Positions 1-13,340 of a stretch of DNA of 64,000 bases are shown here, piece after piece. Source of the DNA: Eledone cirrhosa (Eukaryota); the NCBI GenBank assembly GCA_964016885.1, contig OZ024740.1, positions 406,038,001-406,102,000 on the forward strand, written 5' to 3'. Below the pieces are notes generated by a model. The model made no database searches. It was given only the letters and a program-made list of their open reading frames with translations, and was not told the origin of the DNA. A program made the position numbers and the translations under genes. How positions within the stretch are numbered: the first letter of the stretch is position 1; each line of letters starts with the position of its first letter.

Positions 1-403
1 ATGTTGGTAGAGTTGGTCTTAATGGTGGTAGAGTTGGTGTTAAAGGTGTTAGAGTTGGTGTTAATGGTGTTAGAGTTGGGTTTTAATGGTGGTAGAGTTG
101 GTGTTAATGGTGGTAGAGTCGGTGTTAATGGTGTTAGAGTTGGTGTTAATGGTGGTAGAGTTGGTGTTAATGGTGGTAGAGTTGGTGTTAATGGTGGTAG
201 AGTTGCTCTTTAATGGTGGTAGAGTTGGTGTTAAAGGTGTTAGAGTTGGTGTTAATGGTGGTAGAGCTGGTGTTAATGGTGGTAGAGTTGGTGTTAATGG
301 TGGTAGAGTCGGTGTTAATGGTGTTAGAGTTGGGTTTTAATGGTGGTAGAGTTGGTGTTAATGGTGGTAGAGTTGGGTTTTAATGGTGTTAGAGGTGGTG
401 TTA

Positions 404-676
404 ATGGTGGTAGAGTTGGTGTTAATGGTGGTAGAGTTGGTGTTAATGGTGGTAGAGTTGGTGTTAATGGAGTTAGAGTTGGTATTAATGGTGTTAATGG
501 TGTTAGAGTTGGTTTTAATGGTGTTAGAGTTGGTCTTTAATGGTGGTAGAGTTGGGCTTAATGGTGTTAGAGTTGGTGTTAATGGTGGTAGAGTTGGTGT
601 TAATGGAGTTAGAGTTGGTATTAATGGTGTTAATGGTGTTAGAGTTGGTTTTAATGGTGTTAGAGTTGGTCTTTAA
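404..676. repeat. 136-bp sub-repeat (5x21 + 22 + 9 bp), two tandem copies; recurs at ~2187-2459, ~4240-4512 and ~8413-8664
   Basis: Marker string GGAGTT...GGTATTAATGGTGTTAATGGTGTT...GGTTTT...GGTCTTT. ORF stops at 540/676, 2187/2323/2459 and 4376/4512 are 136 bp apart. Confidence 0.85.
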
Positions 677-3600
677 TGGTGGTAGAGTTGGTGTTAATGG
701 TGGGAGAGTTGGCGTTAATGGTGTTAGAGTTGGTGTTAGAGTTGGTGTTAATGGTGTTAGAGTTGGCGGAGTTGGTGTTTATGGTGGTAGAGTTGGTGTT
801 AATGTTGTTAGAGGTGGTGTTAATGGTGGTAGAGTTGGTGTTAATGTTGTTAGAGGTGGTGTTAATGGTGGTAGAGTTGGTGTTAATGGTGGTAGAGTTG
901 GTGTTAATGGTGGTAGAGTTGGTCTTTAATGGTGGTAGAGTTGGTGTTAATGGTGGTAGAGTTGGTGTTAATGGTGTTAGAGTTGGTGTTAATGGTGGTA
1001 GAGTTGGTCTTAATGGTGGTAGAGTTGGTGTTAAAGGTGTTAGAGTTGGTGTTAATGGTGTTAGAGTTGGGTTTTAATGGTGGTAGAGTTGGTGTTAATG
1101 GTGGTAGAGTCGGTGTTAATGGTGTTAGAGGTGGTGTTAATGGTGGTAGAGTTGGTGTTAATGGTGGTAGAGTTGGTGTTAATGGTGGTAGAGTTGCTCT
1201 TTAATGGTGGTAGAGTTGGCGTTAATGGTGTTAGAGTTGGTGTTAATGGTGGTAGAGTTGCTGTTAATGGTGGTAGAGCTGGTGTTAATGGTGGTAGAGT
1301 TGGTGTTAATGGTGGTAGAGTCGGTGTTAATGGTGTTAGAGTTGGGTTTTAATGGTGGTAGTGTTGGTGTTAATGGTGGTAGAGTTGGGTTTTAATGGTG
1401 TTAGAGGTGGTGTTAATGGTGCTAGAGTTGGTGTTAATGGTGGTAGAGTTGGTGTTAATGGTGGTAGAGTTGGTCTTTAATGGTGGTAGAGTTGGTGGTA
1501 ATGGTGGTAGAGTTGGTGTTAATGGTGTTAGAGTTGGTGTTAATGGTGGTAGAGTTGGTCTTAATGGTGGTAGAGTTGGTGTTAAAGGTGTTAGAGTTGG
1601 TGTTAATGGTGTTAGAGTTGGGTTTTAATGGTGATAGAGTTGGTGTTAATGTTGGTAGAGTCGGTATTAATGGTGTTAGAGGTGGTGTTAATGGTGGTAG
1701 ACTTGGTGTTAATGGTGGTAGAGTTGGTGTGAATGGTGGTAGAGTTGCTCTTTAATGGTGGTAGAGTTGGTGTTAATGGTGTTAGAGTTGGTGTTAATGG
1801 TGGTAGAGTTGCTGTTAATGGTGGTAGAGTTGGTGTTTATGGTGGTAGAGTTGGTGTTAATCGTGGTAGAGTTGATGTTAATGGTGGTAGAATTGGTGTT
1901 AATGGTTATTAGAGTTGGTGTTAATGGTGTTAGAGTTGGTGTTAATTGTGGTAGAGTTGGTGTTAATCGTGGTAGAGTTGGTGTTAATGGTGTCAGAGTT
2001 GGTGTTAATGGTGGTAGAGTTGATGTTAATGGTGGTAGAATTGGTGTTAATGGTTATTAGTGTTGGTGTTAATGGTGGTAGAGTTGGGGTTAATGGTGGT
2101 AGAGTTGGTTTTAATGGTGGTAGAGTTGGTATTAATGGTGTTAATGGTGTTAGAGTTGGTTTTAATGGTGTTAGAGTTGGTCTTTAACTGTGGTAGAGTT
2201 GGTGTTAATGGTGTTAGAGTTGGTGTTAATGGTGGTAGAGTTGGAGTTAATGGAGTTAGAGTTGGTATTAATGGTGTTAATGGTGTTAGAGTTGGTTTTA
2301 ATGGTGTTAGAGTTGGTCTTTAATGGTGGTAGAGTTGGGCTTAATGGTGTTAGAGTTGGTGTTAATGGTGGTAGAGTTGGTGTTAATGGAGTTAGAGTTG
2401 GTATTAATGGTGTTAATGGTGTTAGAGTTGGTTTTAATGGTGTTAGAGTTGGTCTTTAATGGTGGTAGAGTTGGTGTTAATGGTGGGAGAGTTGGCGTTA
2501 ATGGTGTTAGAGTTGGTGTTAGAGTTGGTGTTAATGGTGTTAGAGTTGGCGGAGTTGGTGTTTATGGTGGTAGAGTTGGTCTTTAATGGTGGTAGAGTTG
2601 GTCTTTAATAGTGGTAGAGTTGGTGTTAATGGTGTTAGAGTTGGTGTTAATGGTGGTAGAGTTGGTATTAATGGTGGTAGAGTTGGTGTTAATGGTGCTA
2701 GAGTTGGTGTTAATGGTGGTAGAGTTTGTGTTAATGGTGGTAGAGTTGGTCTGTAATGGTGGTAGAGTTGGTGTTAATGGTGGTAGAGTTGGTGTTAATG
2801 GTGTTAGAGTTGGTGTTAATGGTGTTAGAGTTGGTGTTAATGGTGTTAGAGTTGGTGTTAATGGTGTTAGAGTTGGTGTTAATGGTGGTAGAGTTGGTGT
2901 TATTGGTGTTAGAGGTGGTGTTAATGGTGGTAGAGTTGGTGTTAATGGTGGTAGAGCTGGTGCTAATGGTGGTAGAGTTGCTCTTTAATGGTGGTAGAGT
3001 TGGTGTTAATGGTGGTAGAGTTGCTGTTAATGGTGTTAGAGTTGGTCTTTAATGGTGGTAGAGTTGGTGTTAATGGTGTTAGAGTTGGTGTTAATGGTGG
3101 TAGAGTTGGTGTTAATGGTGGTAGAGTTGCTGTTAATGGTGTTAGAGTTGGTCTTTAATGGTGGTAGAATTGGTCTTAATGGTGGTAGAGTTGGTGTTAA
3201 AGGTGTTAGAGTTGGTGTTAATGGTGTTAGAGTTAGGTTTTAATGGTGGTAGAGTTGGTGTTAATGGTGGTAGAGTCGGTGTTATTGGTGTTAGAGGTGG
3301 TGTTAATGGTGGTAGAGTTGGTGTTAATGGTGGTAGAGCTGGTGCTAATGGTGGTAGAGTTGCTCTTTAATGGTGGTAGAGTTGGTGTTAATGGTGGTAG
3401 AGTTGCTGTTAATGGTGTTAGAGTTGGTCTTTAATGGTGGTAGAGTTGGTGTTAATGGTGTTAGAGTTGGTGTTAATGGTGGTAGAGTTGGTGTTAATGG
3501 TGGTAGAGTTGGTGTTAATGGTGTTAGAGTTGGTGTTAATGGTGGTAGAGTTGATGTTAATGGTGGTAGAATTGGTGTTAATGGTTATTAGAGTTGGTGT

Positions 3601-4519
3601 TAATGGTGTTAGAGTTGGTGTTAATGGTGGTAGAGTTGGTGTTAATGGTGGTAGAGTTGGTCTTTAATGGTGGTAGAGTTGGTGTTAATGGTGGTAGAGT
3701 TGGTGTTAATGTTGTTAGAGGTGGTGTTAATGGTGGTAGAGTTGGTGTTAATGGTGGTAGAGTTGGTCTTTAATGGTGGTAGAGTTGGTCTTTAATGGTG
3801 GTAGAGTTGGTGTTAATGGTGGTAGAGTTGGTGTTAATGGTGTTAGAGTTGGTGTTAATGTTGGTAGAGTTGGTCTTAATGGTGGTAGAGTTGGTGTTAA
3901 AGGTGTTAGAGTTGGTGTTAATGGTGTTAGAGTTGGGTTTTAATGGTGGTAGAGTTGGTGTTAATGGTGGTAGAGTCGGTGTTAATGGTGTTAGAGTTGG
4001 TGTTAATGGTGGTAGAGTTGGTGTTAATGGTGGTAGAGTTGGTGTTAATGGTGGTAGAGTTGCTCTTTAATGGTGGTAGAGTTGGCGTTAATGGTGTTAG
4101 AGTTGGTGTTAATGGTGGTAGAGTTGCTGTTAATGGTGGTAGAGTCGGTGTTAATGGTGTTAGAGTTGGGTTTTAATGGTGGTAGAGTTGGTGTTAATGG
4201 TGGTAGAGTTGGGTTTTAATGGTGTTAGAGGTGGTGTTAATGGTGGTAGAGTTGGTGTTAATGGTGGTAGAGTTGGTGTTAATGGTGGTAGAGTTGGTGT
4301 TAATGGAGTTAGAGTTGGTATTAATGGTGTTAATGGTGTTAGAGTTGGTTTTAATGGTGTTAGAGTTGGTCTTTAATGGTGGTAGAGTTGGGCTTAATGG
4401 TGTTAGAGTTGGTGTTAATGGTGGTAGAGTTGGTGTTAATGGAGTTAGAGTTGGTATTAATGGTGTTAATGGTGTTAGAGTTGGTTTTAATGGTGTTAGA
4501 GTTGGTCTTTAATGGTGGT

Positions 4520-6215
4520 AGAGTTGGTGTTAATGGTGGGAGAGTTGGCGTTAATGGTGTTAGAGTTGGTGTTAGAGTTGGTGTTAATGGTGTTAGAGTT
4601 GGCGGAGTTGGTGTTTATGGTGGTAGAGTTGGTCTTTAATGGTGGTAGAGTTGGTCTTTAATAGTGGTAGAGTTGGTGTTAATGGTGTTAGAGTTGGTGT
4701 TAATGGTGGTAGAGTTGGTGTTAATGGTGGTAGAGTTGGTGTTAATGGTGCTAGAGTTGGTGTTAATGGTGGTAGAGTTGCTGTTAATGGTGTTAGAGTT
4801 GGTCTGTAATGGTGGTAGAGTTGGTGTTAATGGTGGTAGAGTCGGTGTTAATGGTGGTAGAGTTGGTGTTAATGGTGTTAGAGTTGGTGTTAATGGTGTT
4901 AGAGTTGGTGTTAATGGTGTTAGAGTTGGTGTTAATGGTGGTAGAGTTGGTCTTAAGGGTGGTAGAGTTGGTGTTAAAGGTGTTAGAGTTGGTGTTAATG
5001 GTGTTAGAGTTAGGTTTTAATGGTGGTAGAGTTGGTGTTAATGGTGGTAGAGTCGGTGTTATTGGTGTTAGAGGTGGTGTTAATGGTGGTAGAGTTGGTG
5101 TTAATGGTGGTAGAGCTGGTGTTAATGGTGGTAGAGTTGGTGTTAATGGTGGTAGAGTTGCTGTTAATGGTGTTAGAGTTGGTCTTTAATGGTGGTAGAG
5201 TTGGTGTTAATGGTGTTAGAGTTGGTGTTAATGGTGGTAGAGTTGGTGTTAATGGTGGTAGAGTTGGTGTTAATGGTGTTAGAGTTGGTGTTAATGGTGG
5301 TAGAGTTGATGTTAATGGTGGTAGAATTGGTGTTAATGGTTATTAGAGTTGGTGTTAATGGTGTTAGAGTTGGTGTTAATGGTGGGAGAGTTGGCGTTAA
5401 TGGTGTTAGAGTTGGTGTTAGAGTTGGTGTTAATGGTGTTAGAGTTGGCGGAGTTGGTGTTTATGGTGGTAGAGTTGGTCTTTAATGGTGGTAGAGTTGG
5501 TCTTTAATAGTGGTAGAGTTGGTGTTAATGGTGTTAGAGTTGGTGTTAATGGTGGTAGAGTTGGTGTTAATGGTGGTAGAGTTGGTGTTAATGGTGCTAG
5601 AGTTGGTGTTAATGGTGGTAGAGTTGCTGTTAATGGTGTTAGAGTTGGTCTGTAATGGTGGTAGAGTTGGTGTTAATGGTGGTAGAGTCGGTGTTAATGG
5701 TGGTAGAGTTGGTGTTAATGGTGTTAGAGTTGGTGTTAATGGTGTTAGAGTTGGTGTTAATGGTGTTAGAGTTGGTGTTAATGGTGGTAGAGTTGGTCTT
5801 AATGGTGGTAGAGTTGGTGTTAAAGGTGTTAGAGTTGGTGTTAATGGTGTTAGAGTTAGGTTTTAATGGTGGTAGAGTTGGTGTTAATGGTGGTAGAGTC
5901 GGTGTTATTGGTGTTAGAGGTGGTGTTAATGGTGGTAGAGTTGGTGTTAATGGTGGTAGAGCTGGTGTTAATGGTGGTAGAGTTGGTGTTAATGGTGGTA
6001 GAGTTGCTGTTAATGGTGTTAGAGTTGGTCTTTAATGGTGGTAGAGTTGGTGTTAATGGTGTTAGAGTTGGTGTTAATGGTGGTAGAGTTGGTGTTAATG
6101 GTGGTAGAGTTGGTGTTAATGGTGTTAGAGTTGGTGTTAATGGTGGTAGAGTTGATGTTAATGGTGGTAGAATTGGTGTTAATGGTTATTAGAGTTGGTG
6201 TTAATGGTGTTAGAG
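4520..6215. repeat. 846-bp tandem higher-order duplication (2 copies)
   Basis: Rare markers repeat at a constant offset: GGGAGAG 4538/5384, TATT 5341/6187, ORF starts 4664/5510, 4809/5655, 5020/5866, 5189/6035. One visible difference is CTTAAGGG (~4952) versus CTTAATGG (~5798). Confidence 0.9.
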
Positions 6216-9200
6216 TTGGTGTTAATGGTGTTAGAGTTGGTGTTAATGGTGGTAGAGTTGGTCTTTAATGGTGGTAGAGTTGGTGTTAATGGTGGTAGAG
6301 TTGGTGTTAATGTTGTTAGAGGTGGTGTTAATGGTGGTAGAGTTGGTGTTAATGGTGGTAGAGTTGGTGTTAATGGTGGTAGAGTTGGTGTTTAATGGTG
6401 GTAGAGTTGGTGTTAATGGTGGTAGAGTTGGTGTTAATGGTGTTAGAGTTGGTGTTAATGTTGGTAGAGTTGGTCTTAATGGTGGTAAAGTTGGTGTTAA
6501 AGGTGTTAGAGTTGGTGTTAATGGTGTTAGAGTTGGGTTTTAATGGTGGTAGAGTTGGTGTTAATGGTGGTAGAGTCGGTGTTAATGGTGTTAGAGGTGG
6601 TGTTAATGGTGGTAGAGTTGGTGTTAATGGTGGTAGAGTTGGTGTTAATGGTGGTAGAGTTGCTCTTTAATGGTGGTAGAGTTGGCGTTAATGGTGTTAG
6701 AGTTGGTGTTAATGGTGGTAGAGTTGCTGTTAATGGTGGTAGAGCTGGTGTTAATGGTGGTAGAGTTGGTGTTAATGGTGGTAGAGTCGGTGTTAATGGT
6801 GTTAGAGTTGGGTTTTAATGGTGGTAGAGTTGGTGTTAATGGTGGTAGAGTTGGGTTTTAATGGTGTTAGAGGTGGTGTTAATGGTGGTAGAGTTGGTGT
6901 TAATGGTGGTAGAGTTGGTGTTAATGGTGGTAGAGTTGGTCTTTAATGGTGGTAGAGTTGGTGGTAATGGTGGTAGAGTTGGTGTTAATGGTGTTAGAGT
7001 TGGTGTTAATGGTGGTAGAGTTGGTCTTAATGGTGGTAGAGTTGGTGTTAAAGGTGTTAGAGTTGGTGTTAATGGTGTTAGAGTTGGGTTTTAATGGTGG
7101 TAGAGTCGGTGTTAATGGTGTTAGAGGTGGTGTTAATGGTGGTAGACTTGGTGTTAATGGTGGTAGAGTTGGTGTGAATGGTGGTAGAGTTGCTCTTTAA
7201 TGGTGGTAGAGTTGGTGTTAATGGGGTTAGAGTTGGTGTTAATGGTGGTAGAGTTGCTGTTAATGGTGGTAGAGTTGGTGTTTATGGTGGTAGAGTTGGT
7301 GTTAATCGTGGTAGAGTTGATGTTAATGGTGGTAGAATTGGTGTTAATGGTTATTAGAGTTGGTGTTAATGGTGTTAGAGTTGGTGTTAATTGTGGTAGA
7401 GTTGGTGTTAATCGTGGTAGAGTTGGTGTTAATGGTGTCAGAGTTGGTGTTAATGGTGGTAGAGCTGGTGTTAATGGTGTTAGAATTGGTGCTAGAGTTG
7501 GTGGAGTTGGTGTTAATGGTGGTAGAGTTGGTGTTAATGGTGTTAGAGTTGGTGTTAATGGTGGTAGAGTTGGTTTAATGGTGTTAAAGCTGGTCTTTAA
7601 TGGTGGTAGAGTTGGTGTTAATGGTGTTAGAGTCGATGTTAATGGTGTTAGAATTGGAGTTAATGGTGTTAGAGTTGGTGTTAATGGTGTTAATGGTGGT
7701 AGAGTTGTTGTTAATGGTGTTAGAGTTGGTCTTTAATGGTGGTAGAGTTGGTGTTAATGGTGTTAGAGTTGGTGTTAATAGTGGTAGAGTTGGCGTTAAT
7801 GGTGTTAGAGTTGGTGTTAATGGTGTTAGAGTTGGTGTTAATGGTGGTAGAGTTGGCGTTAATGGTGTTAGAGTTGGCGTTAATGGTGGCAGAGTTGGTG
7901 TTAATGGAGTTAGAGTTGGTGTTAATGGTGTTAGAGTTGGTCTTTAATGGTGGTAGAGTTGGGCTTAATGGTGTTAGAGTTGGGCTTAATGGTGTTAGAG
8001 TTGGTGTTAATGGTGGTAGAGTTGGCGTTAATGGTCTTATAGTTGGTGTTAATGGTGGTAGAGATGGTGTTAATGGTGGTAGAGTTGGTGTTAATGGTGG
8101 TAGAGTTGCTCTTTAATGGTGGTAGAATTGGTGTTAATGGTGGTAGAGTTGCTGTTAATGGTGTTAGAGTTGGTCTTTAATGGTGGTAGATTTGGTGTTA
8201 ATGGTGTTAGAGTTGGTGTTAATGGTGGTAGAGTTGGTGTTAATGGTGGTAGAGTTGGTGTTAATGGTGTTAGAGTTGGTGTTAATGGTGGTAGAGTTGA
8301 TGTTAATGGTGGTAGAATTGGTGTTAATGGTTATTAGAGTTGGTGTTAATGGTGGTAGAGTTGGTGTTAATGGTGTTAGAGTTGGTTTTAATGGTGTTAG
8401 AGTTGGTCTTTAATTGTGGTAGAGTTGGTGTTAATGGTGTTAGAGTTGGTGTTAATGGTGGTAGAGTTGGAGTTAATGGAGTTAGAGTTGGTATTAATGG
8501 TGTTAATGGTGTTAGAGTTGGTTTTAATGGTGTTAGAGTTGGTCTTTAATGGTGGTAGAGTTGGTGTTAATGGTGGTAGAGTTGGTGTTAATGGAGTTAG
8601 AGTTGGTATTAATGGTGTTAATGGTGTTAGAGTTGGTTTTAATGGTGTTAGAGTTGGTCTTTAATGGTGGTAGAGTTGGTGTTAATGTTGGGAGAGTTGG
8701 CGTTAATGGTGTTAGAGTTGGTGTTAGAGTTGGTGTTAATGGTGTTAGAGTTGGCGGAGTTGGTGTTTATGGTGGTAGAGTTGGTCTTTAATGGTGGTAG
8801 AGTTGGTCTTTAATAGTGGTAGAGTTGGTGTTAATGGTGTTAGAGTTGGTGTTAATGGTGGTAGAGTTGGTGTTAATGGTGGTAGAGTTGGTGTTAATGG
8901 TGCTAGAGTTGGTGTTAATGGTGGTAGAGTTTGTGTTAATGGTGGTAGAGTTGGTCTGTAATGGTGGTAGAGTTGGTGTTAATGGTGGTAGAGTTGGTGT
9001 TAATGGTGGTAGAGTTGGTGTTAATGGTGTTAGAGTTGGTGTTAATGGTGTTAGAGTTGGTGTTAATGGTGTTAGAGTTGGTGTTAATGGTGGTAGAGTT
9101 GGTCTTAATGGTGGTAGAGTTGGTGTTAAAGGTGTTAGAGTTGGTGTTAATGGTGTTAGAGTTAGGTTTTAATGGTGGTAGAGTTGGTGTTAATGGTGGT

Positions 9201-11740
9201 AGAGTCGGTGTTATTGGTGTTAGAGGTGGTGTTAATGGTGGTAGAGTTGGTGTTAATGGTGGTAGAGTTGGTGTTAATGGTGGTAGAGTTGCTCTTTAAT
9301 GGTGGTAGAGTTGGTGTTAATGGTGGTAGAGTTGCTGTTAATGGTGTTAGAGTTGGTCTTTAATGGTGGTAGAGTTGGTGTTAATGGTGTTAGAGTTGGT
9401 GTTAATGGTGGTAGAGTTGGTGTTAATGGTGGTAGAGTTGGTGTTAATGGTGTTAGAGTTGGTGTTAATGGTGGTAGAGTTGATGTTAATGGTGGTAGAA
9501 TTGGTGTTAATGGTTATTAGAGTTGGTGTTAATGGTGTTAGAGTTGGTGTTAATGGTGGTAGAGTTGGTGTTAATGGTGTTAGAGTTGGTGTTAATTGTG
9601 GTAGAGTTGGTGTTAATCGTGGTAGAGTTTGTGTTAATCGAGTCAGAGTTGGTGTTAATTGTGGTAGAGTTGGTGTTAATGGTGTTAGAGTTGGTCTTTT
9701 ATGGCGGTAGAGCTGGTGTTAATGGTGTTAGAGTTGGGGTTAATGGTGTTAGAGTTGATATTAATGGTGTTAGAATTGGTGTTAGAGTTGGTGGAGTTGA
9801 TGTTAATGGTGGTAGAGTTGGTGTTAATGGTGTTAGAGTTGGTGTTAATGGTGGTAGAGTTGGTTTTAATGGTGTTAAAGTTGGTCTTTAATGGTGGTAG
9901 AGTTGGTGTTAATGGTGTTAGAGTTGATATTAATGGTGTTAGAATTGGAGTTAATGGTGTTAGAGTTGGTGTTAATGGTGGTTGAGTTGCTGTTAATGGT
10001 GTTAGAGTTGGTGTTAATAGTGGTAGAGTTGGCGTTAATGGTGTTAGAGTTGGTGTTAATGGTGTTAGAGTTGGTGTTAATGGTGTTAGAGTTGGCGGAG
10101 TTGATGTTAATGGTGGTAGAGTTGGTGTTAATGGTGGTAGAGTTGGTCTTTAATGGTGGTAGAGTTGGTCTTTAATGGTGGTAGAGTTGGTGTTAATGGT
10201 GGTAGAGTTGGTGTTAATGGTGTTAGAGTTGGTGTTAATGGTGGTAGAGTTGGTGTTAATGGTGTTAGAGTTGGTGTTAATGGTGCTAGAGTTGGTGTTA
10301 ATGGTGCTAGAGTTGGTGTTAATGGTGGTAGAGTTTGTGTTAATGGTGGTAGAGTTGATTTTAATGGTGGTAGAGTTGGTGTTAATGGTGGTAGAGTTGG
10401 TGTTAATGGTGGTAGAGTTGGTGTTAATGGTGTTAGAGTTGGTGTTAATGGTGTTAGAGTTGGTGTTAATGGTGTTAGAGTTGGTGTTAATGGTGGTAGA
10501 GTTGGTTTTTAATGGTGGTAGAGTTGGTGTTAATGGTGGTTGAGTTGGTGTTAATGGTGTTAGAGTTGGTCTTTAATGTTGGTAGAGTTGGTGTTAATGG
10601 TGTTAGAGTTGGTGTTAATGGTGGTAGAGTTGGTGTTAATGGTAGATTTGGTGTTAATGGTGGTAGAGTTGGTTTTAATCGTGTTAGATTTGGTCTTTAA
10701 TGGTGGTAGAGTTGGTGTTAATGGTGTTAGAATTGGTCTTTAATGGTGGTAGAGTTGGTGTTAATGGTGGTAGAGTTGGTGTTCATGGTGTTAGAGTTGG
10801 TCTTTAATGTTGGTAGAGTTGGTGTTAATGGTGTTAGAGTTGGTGTTAATGGTGGTAGAGTTGGTGTTAATGATGTTAGAGTTGGTGTTAATGGTGGTAG
10901 AGTTGGTGTTAATGGTGTTAGAGTTGGTGTTAATGGAGTTAGAGTTGGTATTAATGGTGTTAATGGTGTTAGAGTTGGATTTAATGGTGTTAGAGTTGGT
11001 CTTTAATGGTGGGAGAGTTGGTGTTGATGGTGGTAGAGTTGGTGTTAATGGTGTTAGAGTTGGTGTTAATGGAGTTAGAGTTGGTATTAATGGTGTTAAT
11101 GGTGTTAGAGTTGGTTTTAATGGTGTTAGAGTTGGTCTTTAATGTTGGTAGAGTTGGGGTTAATGGTGTTAGAGTTGGTGTTAATGGTGTTAGAGATGAT
11201 GTTAATGGTGGTAGAGATGGTGTTAATGGTGGTAGAGTTGGTGTTAATGGTGCTAGAGTTGGTGTTAATGGTGGTAGAGTTGGTGTTAATGGTGGAAGAG
11301 TTGGTGTTAATTGTGTTAGAGTTGGTGTTAATGATGTTAGAGTTGGTGTTAATGGTGGTAGAGTTGGTGTTAATATTGGTAGAGTTGGTGTTAATGGTGG
11401 TAGAGTTGGTGTTAATGGTGGTAGAGTTGGTGTTAATGGTGTTAATGGTGTTAATGGTGTTAGAGTTGGTGTTAATGGTGCTAGAGTTGGTGTTAATGGT
11501 GGTAGAGTTTGTGTTAATGGTGGTAGAGTTGGTCTTTAATGGTGTTAGAGTTGGTGTTAATGGTGGTAGAGTTGGTGTTAATGGTGGTAGAGTTGATGTT
11601 AATGGTGTTAGAGTTGGTGTTAATGGTGTTAGAGTTGGTGTTAGAGTTGGTGTTAATGGTGGTAGAGTTGCTGTTAATGGTGGTAGAGTTGGTGTTAAAG
11701 GTGTTAGAGTTGGTGTTAATGGTGTTAGAGTTGGGTTTTA

Positions 11741-13340
11741 ATGGTGGTAGAGTTGGTGTTAATGGTGTTAGAGTTGGTGTTAATGGTGGTAGTGTTGGTG
11801 TTAATGGTGTTAGAGTTGGTCTTTAATGGTGGTAGAGTTGGTGTTAATGGTGGTAGAGTTGGTGTTTATGGTGGTAGAGTTGGTGTTAATGGTGTTAGAG
11901 TTGGTGTTAATGGTGTTAGAGTTGGTGTTAATGGTGTTAGAGTTGGTGTTAATGGTGGTAGAGTTGGTGTTAATGGTGGTAGAGTTGGTGTTAATGGTGG
12001 TAGAGTTGGTGTTAATGGTGTTAGTGTTGGTGTTAATGGTGTTAGAGTTGGTGTTAATGGTGGTAGAGTTAGTGTTAATGGTGGTAGAGTTGCTCTTTAA
12101 TGGTGGTAGAGTTGGTGTTAATGGTGTTAGAGTTGGTGTTAATGGTGCTAGAGTTGCTGTTAATGGTGTTAGAGTTGGTCTTTAATGGTGGTAGAGTTGG
12201 TGTTAATGGTGTTAGAGTTGGTGTTAATGGTGGTTGAGTTGCTGTTAATGGTGTTAGAGTTGGTGTTAATAGTGGTAGAGTTGGCGTTAATGGTGTTAGA
12301 GTTGGTGTTAATGGTGTTAGAGTTGGTGTTAATGGTGTTAGAGTTGGCGGAGTTGATGTTAATGGTGGTAGAGTTGGTGTTAATGGTGGTAGAGTTGGTC
12401 TTTAATGGTGGTAGAGTTGGTCTTTAATGGTGGTAGAGTTGGTGTTAATGGTGGTAGAGTTGGTGTTAATGGTGTTAGAGTTGGTGTTAATAGTGGTAGA
12501 GTTGGTGTTAATGGTGTTAGAGTTGGTGTTAATGGTGCTAGAGTTGGTGTTAATGGTGCTAGAGTTGCTCTTTAATGGTGGTAGAGTTGCTGTTAATGGT
12601 GTTAGAGTTGGTGTTAATGGTGCTAGAGTTGCTGTTAATGGTGTTAGAGTTGGTCTTTAATGGTGGTAGAGTTGGTGTTAATGGTGTTAGAGTTGGTGTT
12701 AATGGTGGTAGAGTTGGTGTTAATGGTGTTAGAGTTGGTGTTAATGGTGGTAGTGTTGGTGTTAATGGTGTTAGAGTTGGTCTTTAATGGTGGTAGAGTT
12801 GGTGTTAATGGTGGTAGAGTTGGTGTTTATGGTGGTAGAGTTGGTCTTAATGGTGTTAGAGTTGGTGTTAATGGTGTTAGAGTTGGTGTTAATGGTGTTA
12901 GAGTTGGTGTTAATGGTGGTAGAGTTGGTGTTAATGGTGGTAGAGTTGGTGTTAATGGTGGTAGAGTTGGTGTTAATGGTGTTAGAGTTGGTGTTAATGG
13001 TGTTAGAGTTGGTGTTAATGGTGGTAGAGTTGGTGTTAATGGTGGTAGAGTTGCTCTTTAATGGTGGTAGAGTTGGTGTTAATGGTGTTAGAGTTGGTGT
13101 TAATGGTGCTAGAGTTGCTGTTAATGGTGTTAGAGTTGGTCTTTAATGGTGGTAGAGTTGGTGTTAATGGTGTTAGAGTTGGTGTTAATGGTGGTTGAGT
13201 TGCTGTTAATGGTGTTAGAGTTGGTGTTAATAGTGGTAGAGTTGGCGTTAATGGTGTTAGAGTTGGTGTTAATGGTGTTAGAGTTGGTGTTAATGGTGTT
13301 AGAGTTGGCGGAGTTGATGTTAATGGTGGTAGAGTTGGTG
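11741..13340. repeat. ~961-bp offset higher-order duplication
   Basis: ORF pairs 11826/12787 and 12185/13146 are offset by 961. Shared markers include AGTGTT, GTTTAT, GGTTGAGTTGCT and GGCGGAGTTGAT. Confidence 0.8.
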
